A DNA stretch of 64,000 bases from positions 54,426 through 118,425 of the forward strand of contig CAVZMJ010000015.1 in NCBI GenBank assembly GCA_963776315.1. The letters are read 5' to 3'. Every line of letters starts with the position of its first letter. Position 1 is the stretch's first letter. Under the pieces are notes generated by a model, which saw only the letters and a program-made list of their open reading frames with translations, did not search any database and was not told the DNA's origin. The position numbers were made by a program, and so were the translations under genes. This document shows, one piece after another, positions 1-9,248 of the stretch. This stretch comes from an uncultured Acidobacteriota bacterium (GTDB lineage Bacteria; Acidobacteriota; Vicinamibacteria; Vicinamibacterales; 2-12-FULL-66-21).

Positions 1-114
1 GCCCCGCCTTCCCGCCTACGCCCTTCGGGCTTCGGCGCGGCAGGCCCGCGCTTCGCGCTTCGGCGCGGCAGGCCCCCGCCTTCGCCCTTCGGGCTTCGGC
101 GCGGCAAGCCCGCC
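1..114. repeat. REP-like GC-rich palindromic repeat cluster (CCGCCT(A/T)CGCCCTTCGGGCTTCGGCGCGGCA x2 plus a partial copy)
   Basis: Direct repeats at ~12 and ~76 with an internal CCCTTCGGG hairpin; lies just 3' of the FKBP gene. Confidence 0.7.
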
Positions 115-570
115 TCACTGCACGTCGAGCAGTTCGACCTCGAAGACGAGCGTCGCGTTCGGCGGAATGGGCCCGTTGCGGACCGCCCCGTAGCCGAGCG
201 ACGGCGGGATGATCAGCCGGCGCACGCCCCCGACCCTCATGCCCTGAAGACCCTGATCCCATCCGGAGATGACCTGACCGGCCCCGAGCGTGAAAATGAA
301 GGGATCGCCACCGGCCGATGTGTCGAAGACCGGGCCTTTCTTCTCGGGCCGCGATTCACCATAGAACCAACCGGTGTAGTTCACAGTTAGCTGCCGGCCG
401 CTCACGGCATCCCCGCCGGTTCCTACCGTGAGGTCCGACTGGCTGAACGGCGCGTAGTTCGAGGGCGAGGTCGGCGAATCGCTGCAGCCGGCGACGCTGG
501 CGGCGAGCACCAGCAGTGGCAGGAATATCCGCGCACAACCCAGCGTCGACTCCAACTGGGATTTCAACAA
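115..570 (-). CDS. FKBP-type peptidyl-prolyl cis-trans isomerase, probable lipoprotein (start uncertain)
   Basis: VNYTGW...FDTS...FTLGAGQVISGWDQGLQGMRVGGVRRLIIPPSLGYG...IPPNATLVFEVEL; lipobox-like VAGC. Confidence 0.92.
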   Translation of the reverse strand: MLKSQLESTLGCARIFLPLLVLAASVAGCSDSPTSPSNYAPFSQSDLTVGTGGDAVSGRQLTVNYTGWFYGESRPEKKGPVFDTSAGGDPFIFTLGAGQVISGWDQGLQGMRVGGVRRLIIPPSLGYGAVRNGPIPPNATLVFEVELLDVQ

Positions 571-658
571 TCGAAACAGAATCACACCAGCTCCAGGCAG
601 AACGAACGGCAAGGCGAGGGCACTGCCTCTGATTATGTAACGAAACCGCTCGGTCTGG

Positions 659-1420
659 TTACTGACCGAGCTGGGAGAGCGTAAAACGCAGCGGGAAGCT
701 CGAAATTCTGATGACCCCATCGAACGGGCCGTCGAGCTCGAGGATCAGGAACACCGCCGCCGCGACCGATACCGCAGCGACGAACAGTACCGCAAGGACC
801 GAAGCGTTGGACTGGGCGTACAGGCCGAAGCTCGTAAACGTGACCGCCAGCCAGGAGATCACGACGATGAGGAATACGAGCGGAACCGATCCACCCTGGC
901 TGTTCAGGATGCGCCAGCGCGACTTCGAGACTTCTTCGCTCAGCTTCAGCGCCTCGCCCTTGAACCACCGCTGCGCGTCGGTTGCGGGCGCCAGCTGGAG
1001 GATCTGGTTCTCGACTTGCTCGATGTCCTTCAGCGTTGGAGTTCGCGTGAGCCCCGACCCTGCCGATCCATCGGCGGGCCAGGTGCTTTCGATCCGGAAG
1101 GCGACGAACGTGCGGATCAAATCTCTCGTCGGCTGCGTCTCCGGACCGTATCGGGCGAGCAGACGATCGAGCGTGAGGATACTAGCCGCGTTCGATCGCA
1201 TCGCGGCGTCCTGGCTGTCGAACGAGCTGCGCGCGGAAGCGGTCACCAGCCCGAGCAGCAGCGCCGTCATCGTCGCCACCAGGCCCATGCCGAGACGCAT
1301 CACGTCTTGAGATTCCTTGCTCAGGTGATTGGGCGGCAGGAGCGATCGAATGTAGGAACCAAGGAGCGCGCCGCCGAAGGCGCAGCCGAACGTCAGCGTG
1401 GCGACAAGGAAGGCGTTCAC
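659..1420 (-). CDS. DUF4239 / bestrophin-like membrane protein
   Basis: GLVATMTALLLGLVTASARSSFD and FLILELDGPFDGVIRIS motifs; about 4 TM segments. Confidence 0.75.
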   Translation of the reverse strand: MNAFLVATLTFGCAFGGALLGSYIRSLLPPNHLSKESQDVMRLGMGLVATMTALLLGLVTASARSSFDSQDAAMRSNAASILTLDRLLARYGPETQPTRDLIRTFVAFRIESTWPADGSAGSGLTRTPTLKDIEQVENQILQLAPATDAQRWFKGEALKLSEEVSKSRWRILNSQGGSVPLVFLIVVISWLAVTFTSFGLYAQSNASVLAVLFVAAVSVAAAVFLILELDGPFDGVIRISSFPLRFTLSQLGQ

Positions 1421-1490
1421 GGGGTGCCCATCAGTCTATCTCCGGCACCCCGTTCCCGCCACGTCCCGGCCGGCGCCGGCGAGGACGGAA

Positions 1491-2834
1491 TTATTTCGGA
1501 TCGGCAGTCTCGGTCGGCTTGAGCCGTTCGAACGCCTCGAGCGAGGCACGCTCGGCGGTCTCGGCCTTTCGTAACGCCGGCATGCTGGATTTGTGCAGGG
1601 CTGCGGCGCGAAGGCGCCAGCTTTCGTCGCGGAGCTTCAGGTACTCCTCGGCACTCGCGAGCAGCGGTTGATGTTCGGGAGGAACGCGACCGAGCGTCTT
1701 GAGCCGCGCCTGCATCGCGTGAAGCTCCGGGGTAATCTTGCGTTCGATCAGCTGCGCCAGGGCTTCGGCGCTCACCGTGCCGAGCTTGAACTGCGCCACT
1801 GCGCCCTGGTACACCCTTGCGGTGCTCTCCTCGACGGCAAGGACGCGCGAGATTTCCGGCCTGACGTCAGCGACGCCGCGCAGCGGCACGGCCGAGGCGA
1901 TAGCCACCACCACGGTGACGGCCATCGTGATGGCGACTCGAGGCACCGGCGGCGTGCTGGCGCTGACCCCTCGCGTCAGCACGACACCGCAGATGAAGCC
2001 GGCGGCGAATCCGGCAATCTCCGCGCCGCTTCCGAGGCCGCCGCTCACGAGGTTGTACAGCAAGAAGACGGCGGCCATCGGGGCGAGCCGCCGGGCCGCC
2101 GCCAGTGTCACGGTCACGCCCGCGTTCTCCGTCGCATTCAGCAGATCATCCTGCTGACCGGCCTCCGCGGTCTCGGTGTGGTCCGTCTGCGGCGTGTCGC
2201 GAAACCCAAAAGTGCTGAGCGAAGCGGGCTGCGGCGCGTCAACTGGGGCCGAAGGCCGGTGGATCGCGGTCCACGCCGCAGACGCCAGGAGAAGACCGTA
2301 GAGACCGAAGATGGCACCCGAGGCGCCGAGGCTCACGGCCATCGGATAGTCGGAGAGGCTCACGAGGCTCGCGAGGACTCCCGCGGCGAGGTAGACGGCG
2401 CCGAACGTGATGTGTCCGACGAGGCGCTCGAGGATCAGCCCGAGCTGCACGAGGGCCGCGCAGTTCACCACGAGCTGGAACATGCCCGTGTGCACGAACA
2501 TCGACGCGGCGAGCCGCCACCATTCTCCATTGGTGGTGCGCGGACCGAAGCTCGCGCCCCAGCCGACGAGGGTCTCCTGCTCGCTGCTGCCCCAGCCCAT
2601 CATCAGGAACACGAGGACGTTCACGGCGACCAGGGCCGGCATGACGAGAGGCCAGGGGGTTCGGTCGCGCAGCGCGTCGCGGAACGGTTCCGGCTCTCGG
2701 TGGCGGCGCGCCGCCTCGTCCCGCGCGCGCCAGGCCGTCGCCACCAGGCGCTCCTTCAGGCGCGTCCGTTCGTCCGGGCTCATCGAGTAGAGCGCGTAGC
2801 CGCCGAGCACGAGAATCACGAGGAGAATCATCAT
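1491..2834 (-). CDS. Rhomboid-family intramembrane protease homolog with C-terminal helical extension (catalytic His apparently absent)
   Basis: GEWWRL..SMFVH, GASGAIFG; TM6 reads GAEIAGF where AHxGG is expected. Confidence 0.85.
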   Translation of the reverse strand: MMILLVILVLGGYALYSMSPDERTRLKERLVATAWRARDEAARRHREPEPFRDALRDRTPWPLVMPALVAVNVLVFLMMGWGSSEQETLVGWGASFGPRTTNGEWWRLAASMFVHTGMFQLVVNCAALVQLGLILERLVGHITFGAVYLAAGVLASLVSLSDYPMAVSLGASGAIFGLYGLLLASAAWTAIHRPSAPVDAPQPASLSTFGFRDTPQTDHTETAEAGQQDDLLNATENAGVTVTLAAARRLAPMAAVFLLYNLVSGGLGSGAEIAGFAAGFICGVVLTRGVSASTPPVPRVAITMAVTVVVAIASAVPLRGVADVRPEISRVLAVEESTARVYQGAVAQFKLGTVSAEALAQLIERKITPELHAMQARLKTLGRVPPEHQPLLASAEEYLKLRDESWRLRAAALHKSSMPALRKAETAERASLEAFERLKPTETADPK

Positions 2835-3008
2835 GAGGGGCACCAGGTCCGCAGGGTACCAGCCCTGCCACAAGGTCAAGACCTGTGCCACGGGACCGGT
2901 CAAATCGGCGGCGTTTCCGCGCCTCTTCCACCTCAGCGGGAGGAGGTGATTGCAGGACTCGGATGGGAGTGACGAGGTTTGTAATGTGAGCCACAGACCG
3001 AAGACAGC

Positions 3009-3036
3009 CACGGAGAACGCGGACAACACGGATAAG
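3009..3036. repeat. Three tandem 9-mers (CACGGAGAA CGCGGACAA CACGGATAA), half element
   Basis: Seen directly; no clear mirror arm. Confidence 0.5.
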
Positions 3037-3100
3037 ATTGGTCATCTGGAGGCTCGGCGCCGAGCTTCCCAGCGAACCAACAGTGATGAAGGAGGCGCTG

Positions 3101-3637
3101 ATGCGCATGCGTTCATTTCTTCCCGGCGTGGCCCTGTTCGTCTGTGCGACTGCCGGCCTGGCGGTTGCGCAGGAAGTGACGAAGGAAACCGTCCCCGGCA
3201 TCCGCAACCTGGCGAGGATCCAGACGACGGTGGCGTGCGCGGGGGCGATCACGCCCGAGGCGGTTGCCGACATCAAGAAGATGGGATTCGTGTCGATCGT
3301 GAACCTGCGGCTGGCAAGCGAAGCCGGCGCCGAGGTCGAAAAAGAGGAGGCCGCGGCGAAGACTGCCGGCGTCAAGTATTTCCACGTGCCCTTCGACGGC
3401 AAGCCGGATCCCAAGGCTGCCAGCGCCTTCCTCGACGCGATCACCACCAAGGGCGCCGAGCCGGCCTTCATCCATTGCGCCGGCGGCAATCGCGCGGCGA
3501 CGATGTGGTTGATCAAACGGCTGGCCGTCGATCACTGGGACGTCGATCGCGCCGTCAAGGAAGCGACCGCCCTCGGCCAGACCAACGAGACGCTCAGGAC
3601 CTTCGCGATCGAGTACGGGCAGGCGAACAAGCGGTAG
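3101..3637 (+). CDS. Secreted DUF442/Blh-like (PTP-fold) sulfurtransferase/phosphatase
   Basis: SD AAGGAGG; signal peptide; IVNLR and HCAGGNRA (CX4R) motifs. Confidence 0.8.
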   Translation: MRMRSFLPGVALFVCATAGLAVAQEVTKETVPGIRNLARIQTTVACAGAITPEAVADIKKMGFVSIVNLRLASEAGAEVEKEEAAAKTAGVKYFHVPFDGKPDPKAASAFLDAITTKGAEPAFIHCAGGNRAATMWLIKRLAVDHWDVDRAVKEATALGQTNETLRTFAIEYGQANKR

Positions 3638-3671
3638 CGAAGAGCAGGGCTCTTCCGAGGAGAGAGGGCAA

Positions 3672-4664
3672 ATGAGCAGCGAGATGCCGAGACGTCAGCT
3701 CGGCCGGAGCGGCGTGTCCGTGTCGGCCATCGGCCTGGGCTGCATGGGCATGTCCGATTTCTATGGCGCGGCTGACGAAGTGAAATCGATCGAGACGATT
3801 CACCGCGCCATCGATCTCGGCGTCGACTTCTTCGACACCGCCGACATTTACGGACCGTTTACGAATGAAGAGCTCGTGGGGCGCGCGATCCGCGACCGTC
3901 GCGGCCGGGTTGTGCTCGCAACCAAGTTCGGCAACGTCCGGGCGGCCGACGGGAAGTTCCTCGGAGTCAACGGCAGTCCGGAGTACGTTCGGCAGGCGTG
4001 CGACGCATCGCTCAGGCGGCTCGGCGTCAACGAAATTGACCTGTACTATCAACACCGCGTCGATCCGGCGACGCCGATCGAGGAGACCGTCGGGGCCATG
4101 GCAGAGCTGGTGCAAGCCGGCAAGGTTCGCCACCTCGGATTGTCCGAGGCCGCGCCTGGCACCATCCGCCGGGCGCACGCCGTGCATCCGATTGCCGCCT
4201 TGCAGACCGAGTACTCGCTCTGGAGCCGCGATCCGGAAGGCGAGCTGCTCGACACGTGCCGCGAGCTCGGGATCGCCTTCGTCGCTTATAGTCCCCTCGG
4301 CCGCGGCTTCCTCACCGGGCGCTATCGCTCGATCGACGACCTCGCGCCGGATGACTGGCGGCGCAACAACCCGCGCTTCCAGGGCGACAACTTCCAGAAG
4401 AACCTCGATCTCGTCGGCAAGGTCGAGCAGCTCGCGAAAGCGAAAGGCAGCACGCCGGCTCAGCTCGCACTGGCCTGGCTGTTGTCCCGCGGTGAGGACG
4501 TCATTCCGATACCGGGGTCGACCCGAAGCGAGCGCGTCAGAGAGAATGCCGGCGCGGCGAGCGTCAAGCTGTCAGCCGATGACCTTCGATCCCTCGACGC
4601 ACTGGCGCCGACCGTCGCCGGCGAGCGCTATACCGAGGGCGGAATGCGCGCGGTCAATCGGTAG
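3672..4664 (+). CDS. Aldo/keto reductase
   Basis: [38 protein letters not shown]. Confidence 0.95.
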   Translation: MSSEMPRRQLGRSGVSVSAIGLGCMGMSDFYGAADEVKSIETIHRAIDLGVDFFDTADIYGPFTNEELVGRAIRDRRGRVVLATKFGNVRAADGKFLGVNGSPEYVRQACDASLRRLGVNEIDLYYQHRVDPATPIEETVGAMAELVQAGKVRHLGLSEAAPGTIRRAHAVHPIAALQTEYSLWSRDPEGELLDTCRELGIAFVAYSPLGRGFLTGRYRSIDDLAPDDWRRNNPRFQGDNFQKNLDLVGKVEQLAKAKGSTPAQLALAWLLSRGEDVIPIPGSTRSERVRENAGAASVKLSADDLRSLDALAPTVAGERYTEGGMRAVNR

Positions 4665-4673
4665 GCGGGGTCA

Positions 4674-4766
4674 CGGCTTTCGGCTTTAGGCTTCAGGCTC
4701 TAGCAAGAGCGTTCGAGATCTCGGTCCAAGCTCTGCCTAGAGCCCAGAGTCTAGAGCCCAGAGCCG
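4674..4766. repeat. Inverted heptamer-array hairpin (GGCTYTM left / YAGAGCC right) with family core
   Basis: About 4 units on each side of CAAGAGCGTTCGAGATCTCGGTCCAAGCTCTGC; between convergent genes. Confidence 0.8.
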
Positions 4767-4769
4767 TCG

Positions 4770-5258
4770 TTACCGCTTCGCGTACTCGTAGCTGGAACCG
4801 TCGGCCTTGAACGCCACGATCGAGTAGGGCCTGGCGTTGGGGCCTTCCATGCCCGGCGAGCCGATGGGCATGTTCGGGGCCGAGAGCCCGACGACGGTGG
4901 CCGGCGCTTCCTTGAGTAACTGGCGCACGACGTCGGCCGGGACGTGGCCTTCGATCACATACTTGCCCACGACCGCCGTGTGGCACGAGCGCAGGCTCTC
5001 CGGCACCTTCTGACGAGGTGCGACCCTGTCCAGTTCCGCCTGCACCATGACACTGCTGGCCATGTCGAAGCCGGCAGCCTTCATGTGATCCACCCACTTG
5101 CTGCAGCAGCCGCAGGTCGGTGTCAGGTACACCTTGGCCGCCACCGCGGCCGGTTTCGGAGCAGGCTTCGCGGGCACCGGCTTCTGGGCGTACAGCGAGC
5201 CGGATAGGCCGAGCGCCAGGACGGCGGCGGCGCACACAGCTTGTCTCGTTCGGGTCAT
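4770..5258 (-). CDS. DUF411 (CopG-like) periplasmic metal-binding protein
   Basis: PTCGCCSKW, SCHTA, YVIEGHVPA, PxMPxGSPGME; signal peptide. Confidence 0.9.
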   Translation of the reverse strand: MTRTRQAVCAAAVLALGLSGSLYAQKPVPAKPAPKPAAVAAKVYLTPTCGCCSKWVDHMKAAGFDMASSVMVQAELDRVAPRQKVPESLRSCHTAVVGKYVIEGHVPADVVRQLLKEAPATVVGLSAPNMPIGSPGMEGPNARPYSIVAFKADGSSYEYAKR

Positions 5259-5286
5259 ATCTTGATCATAGATCACGTTCGCGTTG

Positions 5287-5446
5287 CTGCTCGCGGCTGG
5301 CGGCTGGCTGTTGTTCATTCGAGCACCAAGCTGCGAGTTCGCAACCGCGACCTGCCAGCCGCGAGCCGCTCGCTCCGTGCGGTTGCCTATTAGCGGCATG
5401 GTGCTCGAATAAGCAACAGCCAGCCGCGAGCCGCGAGCCGCCAACC
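5287..5446. repeat. Inverted heptamer-array hairpin (GGCTGGC/GAGCCGC) with long inner stem and nested arm
   Basis: GGCTGGCTGTTG..ATTCGAGCACCA pairs with TGGTGCTCGAAT..CAACAGCCAGCC. Confidence 0.8.
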
Positions 5447-5454
5447 CCATCCCC

Positions 5455-7674
5455 TCACAAATCAATCGCAATGACCTCGTGCACGTCGACCGACGGCACC
5501 GTGACGATGAGCACGCCGTTGTTGCCCGGGGCAAACTCGGTGCGCGGAGTGGTTCTCGCTGTCAGCAGCTGAACCCTGCGCGGGCGCGCCGCCGGTTGCA
5601 CACGGATGCGCACGTGCAAAGGGCCGATGGGGACGATCTCGCGCAGCGGTCCCTTCATCATCATCGGGTTCGTCAGATTGACGAGGTGAACGGTCATCGA
5701 TTCCCGCTGCCGCCAGACGGTCATGTCGATCACGCCCGGGCCTTCGACTTCGACCGGCGGCGCCTCGTTGGTCGCCCACCGGACGGCGTTCTTCAGCAGC
5801 CGCCCGTGGTCGACGCAGAGGACGTCCCAGAACGTGCGGTCGATGTCCCACGGGATGTAGACGACGCGACTACCGCCCACCGTCCGGAGATAGAGCTCGC
5901 GCACGTCGGTGTGCGGGATGCGCGGGTACACGTCTTCCATCGGCAGGTCCGGATACGAGGGGACGAGCGTCAACGGCGACGGGAAGACCTCCGTCGGACG
6001 CACGCCGACGCGGAACACGCCGTTGATGATCCGCGGCGTGTCCTCGAGCCCTTCGAGGACGGGATGCCGACGGCCCGTCGCCGGATCGGTTTCGAGCGTG
6101 AGATACGAGTTCTGCATCGGACCCTGGATCTGACCGTCAAACGACACGCCGAACACGTCGGCCAGGCCGAAGTCGTCTCGGCGCCGGCCGAGCTCGTCGT
6201 AGAGCGAGCTTGCGAAGGTCGCCAGGACACTCCCGCCCCGTTTGACGTAGCCGCGAATCGCGTTGCACTGGGCGTCCGAGAGCGCCGCGGCGTCGGCGAG
6301 GATGAGCAACCGGAACCGATCGAGGCGATCCGGGGTCAGGAACGCCTCGTGCACGAGCTCGAACGGGACGCGCGCTTCGATGAGCGCGTGGTACATGCCG
6401 AGCGCGTGATCCTCGGTACGGTCGCCCGGAGCGACGCCGGCGTGATATGTCTCGGTCTGCTCGGAGTGCAGCACTGCGACGCGCGCCAGCGGCGCTTCGT
6501 TACGCAGGTAACGCTCGTTGTCGAAGTGCCACTGATAGATCCGCTCGACGACCGGCAGCCAGCGACGGTCGTAGAGGACGCCGGAAAACTTCGTGACCCA
6601 CGGGCGCATGCCGTTGGCCGTCCCCTCCGCCACCCAGAGCCGGATTTCCGATTCGCTCTGCACGGAGTCCTTCCAGCGATACGGCTCTTCGAGGCCGACG
6701 CTGAAGATCCCGCCGATCGGTTTCCTGCCCATCACCGAGCGGTATTCCTTGGCGCGCCGGCCGTTGGCCCAGGGCGGCGTGAGGCCGCGGCGCGCCTGGT
6801 TGTCGGTGAACTGGATGGCCGCCAGTTCGCCCGCCGTCTTGAGATCCGGCGGGCCGTTGGGGATGAAATGCGCCTCGGGATTGACGGCCCTGACCGTCGC
6901 GTCCCACCGCTTCCAGAGCTCGGTGAGCCGCGCCTTTCGCCACTCGAGGTACTGGCGCCGCAGCGGGTCGCGCGGATCGGTCGTGCGCGGAAGCTCCGTC
7001 CCCGTCGCGTCTTTGTAGTTCTGCACGCAGTTGACGCAGAAGCAGTCGCCACCCTGCGGCGCCCACCGGTTGGCGAAGATGCCGTCCACCTTGTACATGG
7101 TGACGATCTCGCGGTGGACGCGGTCCATGAACTCGAAGTTGTAGGGGCCGAGCGCGCACGTGACCCAGAGATCGGGGTTGGCCCAGTGCCGCAGCGGCGC
7201 GCCGGTCCTCCCGACGGCAATCCAGTCAGGATGCGCCTCCCGCACATCCTCCCGCACTGCGTGCGGATCCGTGCGCGCGACGACCCGCATCCCGAGGGCG
7301 CGACAGCCGGAGACGAGCGTGCCGAACGGGTCCGACTGACCCAGCCACGCGCTGCGATGGTGGAGCGGGACCGTCGTGGGGTAGTACGCGACGATGCCGC
7401 CGGCACTGAGCGTGGCGGCGTCGGCGTGGAGCCGCCGGAAGTAGTCCAGCCAGAAGCGCGGGTCGAATCGGCCCGGGTCGTTCTCGACGAGCGTGAGCTG
7501 CACCCACCGCATCGGGCGATCGAACCAGCCCGAGAGGGGATCGACGCCCGCGATGATGGCCTGCGAGGGCGGCGCCGAACCGGTGGCCCGAAGGTCCAGC
7601 GGAGCGCCAAGGGAGGCGAACGCTCCAGCACCAGTGGCTTGAAGGAAACCGCGGCGGGAGAACGTGTGCGGCAT
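5455..7674 (-). CDS. Tat-exported putative glycoside hydrolase (GHL6-like TIM barrel plus GH42-type trimerization domain)
   Basis: SRRGFL Tat motif; GGIVAYYPT, VDGIFAN, CFCxNC, LADAAALSDAQC..IRGYVKRGG. Confidence 0.75.
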   Translation of the reverse strand: MPHTFSRRGFLQATGAGAFASLGAPLDLRATGSAPPSQAIIAGVDPLSGWFDRPMRWVQLTLVENDPGRFDPRFWLDYFRRLHADAATLSAGGIVAYYPTTVPLHHRSAWLGQSDPFGTLVSGCRALGMRVVARTDPHAVREDVREAHPDWIAVGRTGAPLRHWANPDLWVTCALGPYNFEFMDRVHREIVTMYKVDGIFANRWAPQGGDCFCVNCVQNYKDATGTELPRTTDPRDPLRRQYLEWRKARLTELWKRWDATVRAVNPEAHFIPNGPPDLKTAGELAAIQFTDNQARRGLTPPWANGRRAKEYRSVMGRKPIGGIFSVGLEEPYRWKDSVQSESEIRLWVAEGTANGMRPWVTKFSGVLYDRRWLPVVERIYQWHFDNERYLRNEAPLARVAVLHSEQTETYHAGVAPGDRTEDHALGMYHALIEARVPFELVHEAFLTPDRLDRFRLLILADAAALSDAQCNAIRGYVKRGGSVLATFASSLYDELGRRRDDFGLADVFGVSFDGQIQGPMQNSYLTLETDPATGRRHPVLEGLEDTPRIINGVFRVGVRPTEVFPSPLTLVPSYPDLPMEDVYPRIPHTDVRELYLRTVGGSRVVYIPWDIDRTFWDVLCVDHGRLLKNAVRWATNEAPPVEVEGPGVIDMTVWRQRESMTVHLVNLTNPMMMKGPLREIVPIGPLHVRIRVQPAARPRRVQLLTARTTPRTEFAPGNNGVLIVTVPSVDVHEVIAIDL

Positions 7675-7691
7675 GCGCCGGATTGTACGCT

Positions 7692-7781
7692 GGCTCAGGG
7701 CTCAAGGCTCAGGGCTCAGGGCAAATCTTCGAGCGTGGTCTCGAAGGTTTTGCCTGAGCCTTGAGGCCTGAGCCCTGAGCC
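7692..7781. repeat. Inverted heptamer-array hairpin (GGCTCAR x4 / CTGAGCC x4) with family core
   Basis: Core GCAAATCTTCGAGCGTGGTCTCGAAGGTTTTGC. Confidence 0.9.
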
Positions 7782-7787
7782 AAGCGG

Positions 7788-8294
7788 TTAGGCGTGCACC
7801 GGCGCCGGCGCCGCCGGACGCCGGAGACCGAGGTTCGCCAGACCACCCACCACACCGATGGCCAGGGCGCCCCAGTTGAGCGCCGTGGTCCAGACCGACG
7901 TCAGACCCAGCGCCGCGTCGAGCGAGTAGGCGCCGAAGCCGGTCAGCCCGAGCGCGGCGGCGGTCACGCCGTAGAGGATAGGCACCTCCATGCCGTTCGA
8001 TTGCGCGAACACGTTCGGCCAGTGGACGCTGAGCGCGGCCACGACCATCACCGACAGCATCAGCGCCGGGCCGACCGGCCCGAGTAGCCCCAGCGCTACG
8101 AGCAACCCGCTCGCAACTTCGCTGGCGCCTGCTGCGGCGGCGAACGTCCGGCCGGGCCGGAAGCCCAGGCCTTCGAAGAACCCGCCGGTGCCCGCCAGTC
8201 CGTAGCCGCCAAACCATCCAAACAGTTTCTGCGCGCCGTGCGCCGCCATCAGCGAGCCAACCACGAGTCGAATCAGAATCACGCCTGCATCCAT
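7788..8294 (-). CDS. DoxX family membrane protein (CatD/MhqP-like)
   Basis: HGAQKLFGWFGG, SEVASG, VHW, NGMEVP, GAYSLD. Confidence 0.92.
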   Translation of the reverse strand: MDAGVILIRLVVGSLMAAHGAQKLFGWFGGYGLAGTGGFFEGLGFRPGRTFAAAAGASEVASGLLVALGLLGPVGPALMLSVMVVAALSVHWPNVFAQSNGMEVPILYGVTAAALGLTGFGAYSLDAALGLTSVWTTALNWGALAIGVVGGLANLGLRRPAAPAPVHA

Positions 8295-8315
8295 TGTCGT
8301 CGCTCCTTATTCACT

Positions 8316-8534
8316 GCTCGCGGGGCCCCACCCCCGCTCGCTTTCGCGCGGCGCCTTCCGCCTTCGCTGAAGCTTCGGCGGACCGCCGTAGCCTTGGCGG
8401 AGGCTGGTCGCGCCGCGCTCAGGCCGCAGGCGCTGCCGAATGAGCGCCTGTGCTCTATTCACGTCCAGTCGGCTCGACCAAGCTCGCGCTCGCGCCGCGA
8501 CTGCTGGACGCGCCGCGCTCGCGCCGCAGGCGCT
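8316..8534 (-). repeat. Composite REP-like leader element (module A with nested module B, plus a partial second A)
   Basis: Homologous to 57455-57559; module B at 8358-8407. Confidence 0.75.
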
Positions 8535-8585
8535 GGAAATCCAAGTTCCGGCGGCCGTTTCGCTATCAATCGTCACGCGAGACAA

Positions 8586-8652
8586 ACTATATAAAACATA
8601 GTGACTAGAAATCAAGTAGTAACTTGCAATTGAGCCGGACGTGGGTTATGCT
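8586..8652 (+). promoter_or_regulatory. sigma70 promoter TTGCAA-N17-TATGCT plus AT-rich inverted repeat ACTAT-N7-ATAGT (candidate HxlR operator)
   Basis: -35 at 8624-8629, -10 at 8647-8652; palindrome at 8586-8602 between the divergent doxX and hxlR-family genes. Confidence 0.65.
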
Positions 8653-8666
8653 TGGTTGGTCGAATT

Positions 8667-9044
8667 ATGTCCAGAGTTCCAGCCGAAACTCCGTCTCTCT
8701 GCGGCCGGTTTCATCGGGCGAGCGAGCTCATCGGGCGCCGCTGGACGGGCGCGATCATCTTCGTGCTGCTGAAGGCGCGGTGCCGGTTCGCCACGCTCCG
8801 CGACGCGATTCCAGACATCACCGACCGGATGCTCAGCGAGCGTCTGCACGAGCTCGAGCAGGAAGGCATCGTCGAGCGCACGGTCGTGCCGGAGACGCCC
8901 GTCCGCGTCGAGTATTCGCTGACGAAAAAGGGCCGCGCGCTCGCGTCGGCCATGGACGCCATCGCCAATTGGGCCGAGAAGTGGATCGATCAGAAGGCTC
9001 CGGCCGCTGAGCCCGTCGCGGTGCGCACCAGGCGACGGGGGTAG
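8667..9044 (+). CDS. HxlR/DUF24 winged-helix regulator with N-terminal Cys (YodB/CatR-like)
   Basis: LCGRF..ASELIGRRWT, ITDRMLSERLHELE, PVRVEYSLTKKG. Confidence 0.93.
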   Translation: MSRVPAETPSLCGRFHRASELIGRRWTGAIIFVLLKARCRFATLRDAIPDITDRMLSERLHELEQEGIVERTVVPETPVRVEYSLTKKGRALASAMDAIANWAEKWIDQKAPAAEPVAVRTRRRG

Positions 9045-9045
9045 G

Positions 9046-9140
9046 AGCTTGCGGCTCGCGGCTGGCGGCTGGCGGCTGCTAGTTACCTGCAACCTGCGAG
9101 TTATCAACCGCGAGCCGCGAGCCGCGAGCCGCCAACCGCG
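9046..9140. repeat. Inverted heptamer-array hairpin (GGCTSGC / GAGCCGC)
   Basis: 4-5 units per side; core AACCTGCGAGTTATCAACCGCGA resembles the interior of the 5287 element. Confidence 0.85.
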
Positions 9141-9248
9141 CGGCGGCGTTTCGCGAGGCTCGATCGGGCGTGCCCGCACTCGCTCAATAAGGTCATGAAT
9201 CATCCGTAACTTAGGGCGTTTCGCAGATTGCCCTATAATTGCGTTTTG

